Shown: positions 36,800 to 48,632 of the stretch, piece after piece
Numbering within the stretch: the stretch's first letter is position 1
Layout of the letters: each line of letters starts with the position of its first letter
Source of the DNA: Malacoraja senta
Taxonomy: Eukaryota
Direction of reading: 5' to 3'
Assembly: GCA_038087875.1 (NCBI GenBank)
Contig: CM075991.1
Coordinates: 2,356,001 to 2,420,000 of the forward strand
DNA length: 64,000 nucleotides
Program-made: the position numbers and the translations under genes
Notes under the pieces: model-generated
Databases searched by the model: none
What the model was told of the DNA's origin: nothing
What the model saw: only the letters and a program-made list of their open reading frames with translations

Positions 36800-37520
36800 G
36801 TATGATACACTACGACAGAACTTTTTTTATCCCGGAAGGAAATTGGTCTGCCAACAGTCATAGAAACACAAGATTCATGAAACATGAAATTAAAGTGACG
36901 AGTGGAAAGGATTGGGGATGTGCAAAGATTGGGGAGGGGGGTTGCGGGGAGTCAGTCTACCCCATGACAGAAGGTGGAGGAGTTGTACAGTTTGATAGCC
37001 ACAGGGAAGAAGGATCTCCTGTGGCGGTCTGTGCCGCATCATGGTGAAACCAGTCTGTTGCTGAAGGAGCTCCTCAGGTTGACCAGTGTGTCATGGAGGG
37101 GGTGAGCTGTATTGTCCAGGATGCTCCACAGTTTTAGGAGCAACCTCCCCTCCAAGACCACCTCCCGTGAATCCAACACCAACTCCGCCCCCAGGACGGA
37201 GCCAGCCTTCCTGATGAGTTTGTTGAACCTATTGGCGTCCGCTGCCCCAGCACATGGCAGCGAAGAAGATGGCACTGGCTACCACCGGTTGGTAGAACAT
37301 CTGCAGCATCTTACTGAAGATGTTGAAGGAGCGGAGCCTTCTCAAAAAGTACAGCCGGCTCTGTCCCTTCTTGTACAGGGCCTCAGCATTCCTGGACCAG
37401 TCCAGTTTACTGTCCAGATACACTCCAGGGTATTTGTACTCCCTGGTAAACTGCACATCCACACCATTAATGGAGATAGGGGACGGGGGTGATCCTCTAC
37501 TCCTAAAGTCCACCACTAAC
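36800..37520 (-). mobile_element. Rex1/Babar LINE 3' fragment
   Basis: VVDFRS..ISINGVDV..YKYPGVYLDSKLDWS..SRLYFLRRLRSF..MLQMFYQ; same family as 61070-62280. Confidence 0.85.
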
Positions 37521-38459
37521 TCCCAGTGTAGGCAGACACTGGAAATCGATGAAAACCATCCAAGCCAGAGACAATGAGTCAGTCAGTGTTGTATTCTGCA
37601 TGGTCTGGTGTTCACAGAAACTGCAGGGTGGCGAGGGCAGCATTGGAAAGAGTCTGAAGGTCACAAAATGGTCTTAAATCACAGCAGCAGCAGCATGACA
37701 CAACTCTGGCTCAATCTGCAGCCTCTTTACTCATTGCATTCTTTAGTTCATATTTTAAATAAAGAATTAACGGCGTTACTAAATGCAAAAATATTCAAAA
37801 TGAATATGCAAGTCAATGAGGTTGTTCAATCAGCAGCAGGTGAATATGTCCACAAAACATCACGGTAACTGATCACCACATCCAAACTTTACATTGGTGA
37901 TGTTCAAGGACATTTATTAATAGATGTGATAAGTCTTTTGCAATACATTTAAATACTATTTGCAATTGCATTTTAATTGCAGACAATTCCCAAGGCTTTC
38001 AGCATTTAGAAGATCCAATAAAGAGGTTATACCGGGAGCTGTTAAAGAGCCTGTATAAAGAGCCGGGATGGCGTGGCAGCGCAGCGGTAGAGCCACTGCC
38101 TCACACCGTCAGAGACCCAGGTTCGATCCTGACTACAGGTGCTGTCAGTGTGGGGTTTGTACGCTCGACCTGTGACTGTGTGAGTTTTCTCCGGTTTCAT
38201 CCCACATCCGAAAGATGTGCAGGTTTCTAGCTTAAGTAGCTACTGTTAAATTACCCCAGTGTACAGGATACGAGAGTGGGATAACATAGAACTATTGCAT
38301 GGGATATCGATGGTAGATGCGGACTCGGTGGGCAAATGGGCTTATTTCCATGCTGTATTTCCAAATGAAACCTATCAATTCTCTATAGAATCCTACAGTA
38401 TGGAAACAGGCCTTTCGGCCCAACTTGCCCACACCGACCAAGGTGTCCCATCTGCACTC

Positions 38460-39514
38460 GTCACAATGGCAGGCAGTGACTAGTGGGGTACCGCAAGGCT
38501 CAGTGCTGGGACCCCAGCTATTTACAATATATATTAATGACCTGGATGAGGGAATTGAAGGCAATATCTCCAAGTTTGCGGATGACACTAAGCTGGGGGG
38601 CAGTGTTAGCTGTGAGGAGGATGCTAGGAGACTGCAAGGTGACTTGGATAGGCTGGGTGAGTGGGCAAATGTTTGGCAGATGCAGTATAATGTGGATAAA
38701 TGTGAGGTTATCCATTTTGGTGGCAAAAACAGGAAAGCAGACTATTTTCTAAATGGTGGCCGACTAGGAAAAGGGAAGATGCAGCGAGACCTGGGTGTCA
38801 TGGTACACCAGTCAATGAAAGTAGGCATGCAGGTGCAGCAGGCAGTGAAGAAAGCGAATGGTATGTTAGCTTTCATAGCAAAAGGATTTGAGTATAGGAG
38901 CAGGGAGGTTCTACTGCAGTTGTACAGGGTCTTGGTGAGACCACACCTGGAGTATTGCGTACAGTTTTGGTCTCCAAATCTGAGGAAGGACATTATTGCC
39001 ATAGAGGGAGTGCAGAGAAGGTTCACCAGACTGATTCCTGCGATGTCAGGACTGTCTTATGAAGAAAGACTGGATAGACTTGGTTTATACTCTCTAGAAT
39101 TTAGGAGATTGAGAGGGGATCTTATAGAAACTTACAAAATTCTTAAGGGGTTGGACAGGCTAGATGCAGGAAGATTGCTCCCGATGTTGGGGAAGTCCAG
39201 GACAAGGGGTCACAGCTTAAGGATAAGGGGGAAATCCTTTAAAACCGAGATGAGAAGAACTTTTTTCACACAGAGAGTGGTGAATCTCTGGAACTCTCTG
39301 CCACAGAGGGTAGTCGAGGCCAGTTCATTGGCTATATTTAAGAGGGAGCTAGATGTGGCCCTTGTGGCTAAAGGGATCAGAGGGTATGGAGAGAAGGCAG
39401 GTACGGGATACTGAGTTGGATGATCAGCCATGATCATATTGAATGGCGGTGCAGGCTCGAAGGGCCGAATGGCCTACTCCTGCACCTAATTTCTATGTTT
39501 CTATGTTTCTATGT
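38460..39514 (+). mobile_element. CR1 LINE 3' part with open RT C-terminal frame
   Basis: ORF 38425-39414 ([14 protein letters not shown]) nearly identical to the copy at 28129; (CTATGTTT)n tail. Confidence 0.93.
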
Positions 39515-39555
39515 CCCACCTGCCTGTGTTTGGCAAAATGCCATGCCTTTTCTTA

Positions 39556-40000
39556 AGGGCTTGTCCCACGGGCATGCGACTCCATGCGGCAAGCGCGACT
39601 GAACCGCAAGCAGGGGCCGCGCGGAGGTCGCGGGGCCGGTCCCACTTCGATCGCCGGAGCCGTATGGAGTTGTGCGGAGCTGGTCCCGACATCGCGCGGG
39701 GCTCCGAAAAACTGACACTGTTCAAAAATTCCGTGCGGCAGCGGCCTGCTGCCCTGCAGCCGCATCGAGGCCGTGCGCACCGCATCGACGGCCGTGCGCA
39801 CCGCCTCGCCGCCGTATGCACCGTCTTGACGTCACTCGACCTCCGCGCGGCTCCCGCTTCCGATTTGGTAGCGCTTGCCGCATGTAGTCGCATGCTGGTG
39901 GGACCGTCCCTGTACGGGTATCACTTGACCTCCGCGCGGTCCCCGCTTGCGGTTAGGTCGCGCTTGCCGCATGGAGTGGCATGCCCGTGGGACAGGCCCT
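39556..40000. mobile_element. PIF/Harbinger-type MITE with TTA TSD
   Basis: TTA|AGGGCTTGTCCCACGGGCATGCGACTCCATGCGGCAAGCGCGAC ... GTCGCGCTTGCCGCATGGAGTGGCATGCCCGTGGGACAGGCCCT|TTA. Confidence 0.88.
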
Positions 40001-41356
40001 TTAGCAATCAAACAAGTAGCTTGAGGCAGCATAAACAAAATCACCAACTGCAAATTAGTTTTCATGTTTACTTTAATGTTTCCTTTATAGAACACACAAA
40101 CCTTGAGGGAATTTAAAAAATATATTGATATTCTGAATTTGCATACACAGAAACAAAGAAAATAGCTGCAGGAGTTGAACTTTATTTCGCCTTCCATCAC
40201 AGTGAGGAATGTGGAGGAGTCACTGTGGTGGATGTTCATGTTAAAATGTGTTTTTTTGAGTGATCTGTTACTTTTAATTGTATGACTGACCTGGCCAATG
40301 AAATGCCTCGTATGTTGCAAAACATACTTGGCGAATAAAGTGTGATTCTGATTCTGATTCTGATCTGAGTAGACCATTCGGCCCATCGAGCCAGCTCGAT
40401 CATGGCTGATCATAAAAAATCAATACCCCGTTCCTGCTTTCTCCCTTGATATCCCTTGATTCCGTCAGCCCTCGGAGCTATATTTAACTCTCTTGAAAAC
40501 ATCCAGGCAATTGGCCTCCGCTGCCTTCTGTGGCAGAGAATACCATAGATTCACAACTTTCTGGGTGAAGACGTTTTTCTTCATCTCAGTCCTAAACGGC
40601 CTACCCCATTTTCTTAAATGGTGACCCCTGGTTCTGGACTCCCCCAACATCGGGAACATTTTTCCTGCATCAACCCTGTCCAATCCCTTAAGAATTGTAT
40701 AAATACCGAGAGTCATACAGCACAGAAACAGGCCCTTCAGCCCAACCTGTCCCTGTTGACCAAGACGCTCCATCTGAGCTAGTCTCATTTGCACGTGTTT
40801 GGCCCATATCCCTCCAAAGTTTCCTAGCCATGCACACGTCCAACTAATGAAAACTCTTGAAAACTCAGCAGATCATGCGGCTGCACTGCAGAGTATTTCA
40901 AATGTTTTGCTTTGTTAGTTTCAGATTTACAGCTTACATAGTGGTTTGTTCGTCTCCTCCAAACACAACAGATTCAGCACAATATTTAAACTGATGTTTT
41001 AAGGTCATTCTGAGCAAGATCTACAATATTAGAGCCGTCAAGGCAATTAACCAACCCTAAACCTGATTCACTAAACGTATTTCAAGGTCTTTCACCTCAT
41101 TGCATTAGCGTATTGTTTTGTGAACAACATACATTTGTCAACATTACATTTGTCAACAGTTGTAATGCATCAAAGGTACACCAAAGTGCTGGAGAAACTC
41201 AGCGGGTGCAGCAGCATCTATGGAGCGAAGGAAATAGGCAACGTTTCGGGCCAAAACCCTTCTTCAGACCCATAATGCATCCGTCATTCGTCATTTACAC
41301 ATATTATGCAGTATTATATGTATAGATATTAAAACATATAGATGTGTGTGTGTGTG

Positions 41357-42390
41357 TTGGAAAGAACTGCAGATGCTGGTTTAAATCGAAGATAGACACA
41401 AAATGCTGGAGTAACTCAGCAGGGCAGGCAGTATCTCTGGAGAGAAGGAATGGGTGACGTTTCGGGTCGAGACCCTTCTTCAGACTGATGTCAGGGGAGT
41501 GGGCGGTGCAGAGGTAAAATATAGTCGGAGACAGTAAGACTGGTCGGAGAACTGGGATGAAAGAGGGAATGGAGAGAGAGGGAAAGCAAGGGGCTACTTG
41601 AAGTTAGAGGTCAATGTTCATACCGCTGGGGTGTAAGCTGCCCAAGCAAAATATGAGGTGCTGTTCCTCCAATTTGCGCTGACAATGGAGGATACCCAGG
41701 ACAGAAAGGTCAGTGTGGGAATGGGATGGGGAGTTAAAGTGTTTAACAACTTGGAGATCAGGTAGGTTTCGGCGGACTGAGAGGTTCAGTTCAGCGAAAC
41801 GATCGCCGAGCCTGCGCTTGATCTCGCCAATATATAGGAGTCCACACCTGGAACAGCGGATACAGTAGCTGAGGTTGGAGGAGGTGCAAGTGAACCTCTG
41901 CCTCAGCTGGAAAGATTGTCGGGGTACTTGGACGGAGTCGAGGGGAGAGGTGTAGGGACATGTGTTGCATCTCCTGCGGTTGCAGGGGAAAGTACCTGGG
42001 GAGGGGGTGGTTTTGGTGGGAAGGGACGAGTTGACCAGGGAGTTGCGATGGGAACGGTCTGTGAGGCACTAAAAACTGGTCCCACTGTGGTAATTCCTTC
42101 TTCTCCCCGATCCCACCAGGCAGAAGATACAGAAGCTTGAAAGCCCACACCACCAGACTCAGGAACAGCTTCTTCCCCTCTGTTATCAGGCTGCTGAAAG
42201 GTCCTTCCATAATGGGAATGGGAGGGGTGTTAAAGTGTTGAGCAACTGGAAGATCAGGTAGGTTTAGACGGACTTAGCGGAGGTATTCAGCGAAACGATG
42301 GCTGAGTCTGCGCTTGGTCTCACCGATATATAGGAGTCCACACCTGGATACAGTGGATGCAGGAGGTGCAAGTGTGCCTGTCTCGCTGAG
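41357..42390 (-). mobile_element. Penelope-like 3' region (GIY-YIG plus pLTR with intact hammerhead motif), with a Rex/Babar piece at ~42063-42210
   Basis: Minus strand encodes pieces of the Cys-rich linker and YIGE.KRRLGDRFAE; pLTR CTGAAGAAGGGTCTCGACCCGAAACGTC on the minus strand at 41483-41456. Confidence 0.82.
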
Positions 42391-43511
42391 TTCCCGATGT
42401 TGGGGGAGTCCAGAACCAGGGGCCACAGTTTAAGAATAAGGAGTAAGCCATTTAGAATGGAGACGAGGAAACACTTTTTCTCACAGAGAGTGGTGGCGAG
42501 TCTGTGGAATTCTCTGCCTCAGAGGGCGGTGGAGGCCGGTTCTCTGGATACTTTCAAGAGAGAGCTAGATAGGGCTCTTAAAAATATCAGAGTCGGGGGA
42601 TATGGGGAGAAGGCAGGAATGGGGTACTGATTGGGGATGATCAGCCATGATCACATTGAATGGCGGTGCTGGCTCAAAGGGCCACATGGCCTACTCCTGC
42701 ACCTATTAATAATCATAAACTTTGTTTCGGACTCAAGGTCCAGACAAGGGGCAACATTACATAAAAATGCATTGCATATTAAAAAATATCATAAAGTACA
42801 TATAAAATCTGAGTATATCACTTATAAGGGAATACAGAGAACAGAGGGAGTATAGAGAAGGTTCACCAGACTGATTACTGGGATGGCAGGACTTTCATAT
42901 GAAGAAAGACTCAGCTTGTACACTCTACAATTTAGAAGATTGAGGGGGGATCTTATAGAAACTTTCAAAATTCTTAAGGGGTTGGACAGGCTAGATGCAG
43001 GAAGATTATTCCCGATGTTGGGGAAGTCCAGAACTAGGGGTCACAGTTTAAGGATAAGGGGGAAGTCTTTTAGGACCGAGATGAGAAAATCATTTTTTAC
43101 ACAGAGAGTGGTGAATCTGTGAAATTCTCTGCCACAGAAGGTAGTTGAGGCCAGTTCATTGGCTATATTTAAGAGGGAGTTAGATGTGGCCCTTGTGGCT
43201 AAAGGGATCAGGGGGTATGGAGAGAAGGCAGGGATGGGATACTGAGTTGGATGATCAGCCATGATCATATCGAATGGCGGTGCAGGCTCGAAGGGCCGAA
43301 TGGCCTACTCCTGCACCTATTTTCTATGTTTCTATAAAAGCTCATAAATTATATATTTAAAAAAAACACAATACATGAATTAAAATCCAGAATAAAAAAG
43401 AATGATCAATGTCCTACACCGAGACAACGATACCAGTGTCTCCACAACTGGGATTCGTAGCGTGTAGTGCTAAACCTTATGTTTGACAAGGCTTTGGTCT
43501 ATTGTCTATTG
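42390..43511. mobile_element. Nested LINE ends: CR1 3' (+) whose tail is split by a minus-strand LINE 3' end (42709-43495, possibly RTE-X), itself split by a CR1 3' fragment (42843-43335, +)
   Basis: CR1 tail CACCTATT..CTATTGTCTATTG is separated; the intervening minus strand ends LSNIRFSTTRYESQLWRHWYRCLGVGH* followed by an AT-rich UTR. Confidence 0.6.
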
Positions 43512-44443
43512 AGTTACTCCAGCATTTTGTGTCTATCTTCTCTCCCACATGTATATATCTTTTAGTTTAGTTTTAGTTTCGGGATACAGCATTTTATTGG
43601 GAGGAAATGTCTCACCGTACCATAACTAGCCAGAAACTGAAACGCAACTGCAAAGGTGGGCGAAAAGTAGACAGCAGCGTAGAGGAAAGAAAAGAGCAGG
43701 ATTGGAAAGGAGGAGAGGAATGAGGAAATGATTGGAATTAGGCTTGGGGTGTTGATGGAATCAGATGAGAGGAGGCAAGGGTGAAGGTGGCTTGGGTTAG
43801 GAGCCAAAAGATAAATGGTTCTGATGGAGGATAAACGTCAAAACGTTCAGAACATCACTGCAGGAGTCCCTCGGGGCAGAGATTTGGGTTGAACCATCTT
43901 CTGCTGCTTCAACGGTCTGCTTCCATCTACATGTGAGAAGGGGGATGTTTAATCTCATTCACAAGGCTTCAGCAAAATGAAGCAATCACCTATATGCTCC
44001 CGACAGCATTCAGGCATGGCTTGGTAAGTGGCAAGGAATATTTGTGCCACGGAAGTGCCAACAAGAGAGATGTGTAGAAAAGAATTGCAGATGCTGGGTT
44101 AATTCGAAGATACACATGAAATTCTGGAGCAACTCAGCAGGACAAGCAGCATCTCTGGAGAGAAGGAATGGGCGACGTTTCGAGTCGAGACCCTTCTTCA
44201 ACACCCATTGCTTCTCTCCAGAGATGCTGCCTGAGTTACACCTGCACTTTGTGTCTATCTTTTCCAACAAGAGAGATGCCAAGACTATCAACATCCTGAA
44301 GGCCACCATTGATCAGCAACTCACTAGCTAAGCAACATAGATATTGCAGTGCTGGAGGTCAGCGGCTGGGTAGTCTGTAGTGAGCGAGTCATGTGTAGTC
44401 ATCTCACCATTTTTCCAGCATTTCCGAGTCGCACCAGGAGTGT

Positions 44444-44978
44444 TTTTTTAATTTATTTTTTTATTATTATTTTTATTAGAAGCAATTGTACAAGAATAAA
44501 ACATTCGGCATGTAAAATTATACAATTATTGTACAGCTTCAATTTTAATCTTTTAACCTGAAAATGAGAAAAGAAGAGAGAAAGAACAAGAGAGGGAAAA
44601 GGTGAAAAGTGAAAAGATAGGACCCCTGGACTACCAAAGTAGTGTGGCCAAAGAGGGAATACAGATATAAGAGAGAGAAAAAAAAGGAAAAAGAAAAAAG
44701 AAAAAAGTGGAGATATACCTGCCCCTCGTCCCCCTCGTCCCCCTCGTCTCCCCCCCGCCCACCTCACCCAACCCAGAATTGGATTTAAATCCAAAGTTGT
44801 GTTACGCCATACTATCCTTGTAAGAATTCGGTAAAGGGTGTCCATGTCTTGAAAAATTGATCTGGTTTTTCTGCCAAGACAAGTCTAATATTTTCCAAAT
44901 GTAGTGTCTCGGATATGTTTGTAATCCACATCTTCACTGTAGGGACTGACGTGTATTTCCAAAATCCTGTTCCTGTTA
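44444..44978 (-). mobile_element. L1 3' end (second family) with 12-bp TSD, inside an old degenerate LINE (~43815-45350)
   Basis: PTVKMWITNISETLHLENIRL..FFKTWTPFTEFLQG* is homologous to the C-terminus at 8831; TSD CACCAGGAGTGT at 44432-44443 and 44979-44990. Confidence 0.88.
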
Positions 44979-46513
44979 CACCAGGAGTGTAACAGGAACA
45001 TGATGGAATACTCTCCACTTGCCCGACTGAGTGCACTTACAGCAATGTTTGAGAATCTCAACATGATGCAAGACACCTATTTGAATGGTGCATCATCCTA
45101 CACTCTAAACATCCATTCCCTCCCCCTCTGACACACATCATCTCCAATACATACCATTTACAAAATTCACCCTAATTGTGCACCTGGGTCACTCTGATAC
45201 CTTGCACTTCATCACAGGGAATAAATCCTGGATCTCCATAAGTAACTGTACTGTGGCAACATCTTTATCAAGAGGACTGTCGCAGTACAAGGAGGCAGCT
45301 CCCCAGCCACTCAAGGGCAATAAGGGCTGAGCAATAAATACTGGCCTCAGTATAGGAAGGAACTGCAGATGCTGGTTTACTCCCATTCCTTCTCTCCAGA
45401 GATGCTGGCTGTCCCGTTGAATTACTCCAGCATTTTGTGTCTAAATACTAGCCTCTCAATCATGGACACCTTGCCCAAAATATTACACCTACAGATCCCA
45501 GAGAACAGAAGACCAAGCATTTATTCAATGGCAGCAACACAATTGGGAATAATCATATGGAGGGTTTCGTGGTGGGGATTGGGGTGAGGAGCTAGAGTTC
45601 AGATAGACCAGCGGAGGGGCCACCATGAAATCAGAAGGCATTATTTCCAATGAAACATACCCAATTTTCCCCAGCTACTTTTCAGAGATAGACACAAAAA
45701 GCTGGAGTAACTCAATGGGACAGGCAGCATCTCAGGAGAGAAGGAATGGGTGGCGTTTCAGGTCGAGACCCTTCTTCAGACTGGCTAGGGATAAGGGAAA
45801 TGAGAGATATAGACGATGATATGGAGAGATAAAGAACAATGAATGAAAGATATGCAAAAAAGTAACGATGATAAAGGAAATAGGCCATTGTTGGCTGTTT
45901 GTTGGGTGAAAACGAGAAGCTGGTGCGACTTGGGTGGGGGAGGGATAGAGAGGATGTCTCCAGAGATGCTGCCTGTGCCGCTGAGTTACTCCAGCTTTTT
46001 GTGTCTATCTTTGGTTTAAACCAGCATCTGCAGTTCCTTCCTATATGTTTAGGAGATCACCAAGTAGCCTTGATGGGAAAAGTGAACAGTTAGAAACAGG
46101 TCCTGTGTCTTAACGATAAACTGATGAATAATAACGTGATGCTTTTCAGAAGAGTGTTCTACTTGAGATATTTCCCACTGGAAACAACTAATGGGCCAAA
46201 TTAGAAATGATGACTCTGTCTGTTTGAGTATCGTCACCAATCAAATTAGTTACATTTAATAGAAAAATAACACAGTTGATTTTCAATGGATCGATATTTT
46301 TGATTTGCTTGAGCACTGAAAATGTCTGCAAATTCTGCATGCAAATAACATTTCAAAGATAAATGGTTTAGACAAATACAGATATGATGAAAACCACAAC
46401 CACTGAATTTATTAGTGGGGCAGCGTAGCTAAATTAATTTTGATTAGTTGGTTGAAAAAGGTCATGTAATATTAAATACAAACTAGGAGAAAAAAGCACA
46501 GTATTCCAAGTAA

Positions 46514-47345
46514 AGGAGGAGGCGCTGTCCAGAACGGCTGCCTGTCCTGCAGCTGTCCGTTTTTTCCCTTATTTTTTATTATTTTTAGTACGTTGAGTGT
46601 GTAGTCAGGGGGCCTAATCTTTTTATGTGTGGGGGGTGGTGGGGGGGAAGGGGGAAACTGTTTTTCGAGTCCCTACCTGGTCGGAGGGGTTGCCTTCCTC
46701 CGAGCAGCGCCTTCGACCTGTCCTTGCGGCCTACCAGCGGGTCCTGGAGCGGCGTTTCCCTGGGGGACCTGGCCAAAACATCGGCTTTAGCGGCGGCGCA
46801 GAACATCGGCTTTGGCGGCGGTGCAGCGCTGGAGCGCTGTCGTGGAGCGGGCGATGCCTTTCCTGGGTCGCTGCGCTGGAACTCCAGTATACTGGGACCG
46901 CCGATGAGAACATCGTGGAGCAGCGGTTCTGTGGAGCGGCCAGCTGCGACGCTGAACGGTACATCCCGGAGCCTGGGATCTCTTGCTGAGATTGCCAGTG
47001 TGTGGAGCTCCGTCTGTTGGCTTGGAAGCCGCGGTCTCCGGTGGGAAGGCGGCCGTTCCTGGTACCCCAAGCCGCTGGGGGTTCTCCCGATGCCGGAGCA
47101 CCATCACCCGGCGAGAACATCGGGTGCCGTGGCGGCGACTGTGGAGGCCTCAGTGGGCCCGACTCTGGGTGGACAAGAGGATGGGGACTGGACTTTGTGC
47201 CTTCCCCCACAGTGGGGACCACTGTGGGGGGATGTTTTGGTGTTGAACTTCTTTTTAATACTATGTTGTATTTTATTAGTGTGCTGCAAGGACATCTGAA
47301 TTTCCCCTGAATAAGGGGATTAATAAAGTCTAATTCAATTTATTG
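46514..47345 (+). mobile_element. GC-rich non-coding retroelement with Rex1/Babar-like 3' end
   Basis: Same architecture as 21001 and 57142, including the CCCCCACAGTGG..CCACTGTGGGGG hairpin and GAATTTCCCC..GGGGATTAATAAAG end. Confidence 0.65.
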
Positions 47346-47442
47346 TCAAACATGTACGGTGAGCACAGGTGCAATGAACATTTTTCTTGCAACAGCAGCA
47401 TGGGCACATATTCAGACAACACACAATAGCATACATCTCATG

Positions 47443-47873
47443 TTCAAGAAGGAACTGCAGATGCTGGAAAATCGAAGGTAGACAAAATTGCTGGAGAAAC
47501 TCAGCGGGTGCGGCAGCAACTATGGAGGGAAGGAAATAGGCGACGTTTCGGGCCGAAACCGTTCTTCAGACTGATGCAGGGTGGAGGGGGGGGGAAGAAG
47601 AAAGGAAGAGGAGGAGCCAGAGGGCTGAGGGAAAGCTGAGAAAGGGAGGAGACAGCAAGGGCTACCAGAAATTGGAGAAGTCAATGTTCAGGCCACCGGG
47701 ATGCAGACTGCCCAAGCGGAATATGAGGTGCTGCTCCTCCAGTTTCCGGTGGTGCTCACTCTGGCAATGGAGGAGGCCCAGGACAGAAAGGTCGGATTCG
47801 GAATGGGAGGGGGAGTTGAAGTGCTGAGCCACCGGGAGATCAGGTTGGTTAATGCGGACCGAGCGTTACATCC
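47443..47873 (-). mobile_element. Penelope-like 3' end with pLTR and 15-bp TSD
   Basis: TSD AGCATACATCTCATG at 47428-47442 and 47874-47888; GIY-YIG C-terminal codons plus pLTR. Confidence 0.88.
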
Positions 47874-48177
47874 AGCATACATCTCATGCCACACTGACAT
47901 GTCACCGTGTCACATACAAGCCATGCACTAATCACATAGAACTGTGCAACACAGGAACAGGCTCTTCAACCCACAATGTCCATGCTGAACATGATGCCAA
48001 GATAAACTAATCTTGTTTGCCTGCACGTGATCCATATCCCTCCATTCCCTGCATACCCAGGTGCCTATCCAATATCCTCTTAAACACTACTGTCATATCT
48101 ACCTTTACCACCACCTCTGGCGGCATGTTCCAGGCACCACTATTCTCCATGTGAAAAACTTGCCCCACATATATCTC

Positions 48178-48632
48178 AATAGACAATTGACATTAGGTGC
48201 AGGAACAGGCCATTTGGCCCTTCGAGCCAGCTCCGCCATTCAATGTGATCATGGCTGATCATCGCCAATCAGTGCCCCGTTCCTGCCTTCTCCCCATATC
48301 CCCTGACTCTGCTATTTTTAAGAGCCCTATCTAGCTCTCTTGAAAGCATCCAGAGAACCTGCCTCCACCACCCTCTGAGGCAGAGAATTCCACAGACTCA
48401 CCACTGTCTGTGAGAAAAAGTGTTTCCTTGTCTCCGTTCTAAATGGCTTATTCCTTATTCTTAAACTGTGGCCCCTGGTTCTGGACTCCCCCAACATCGG
48501 GAACATGTTTCCTGCCTCTAGTGTGTCCAAGCCCTTAACAATCTTATATGTTTCAATGAGATGCCCTCTCATCCTTCTAAACTCCAGAGTGTACAAGCCC
48601 AGCTGCTCCATTCTCTCAGCATATGACAGCCT
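48178..48632 (-). mobile_element. CR1 LINE 3' fragment
   Basis: ORF 48327-48611 plus typical 3' UTR. Further CR1 fragments lie at 40365-40705(-), 50543-50860(-), 51262-51500(+), 51720-52200(-) and 63702-63958(+). Confidence 0.87.

Noticed and set aside
46585..47310. Overlapping 100-224-aa ORFs in GC-rich elements (also 21066-21748, 39501-40116, 57239-57736)
   Set aside because: Open on both strands and in several frames because of high GC content, with no domain motifs.
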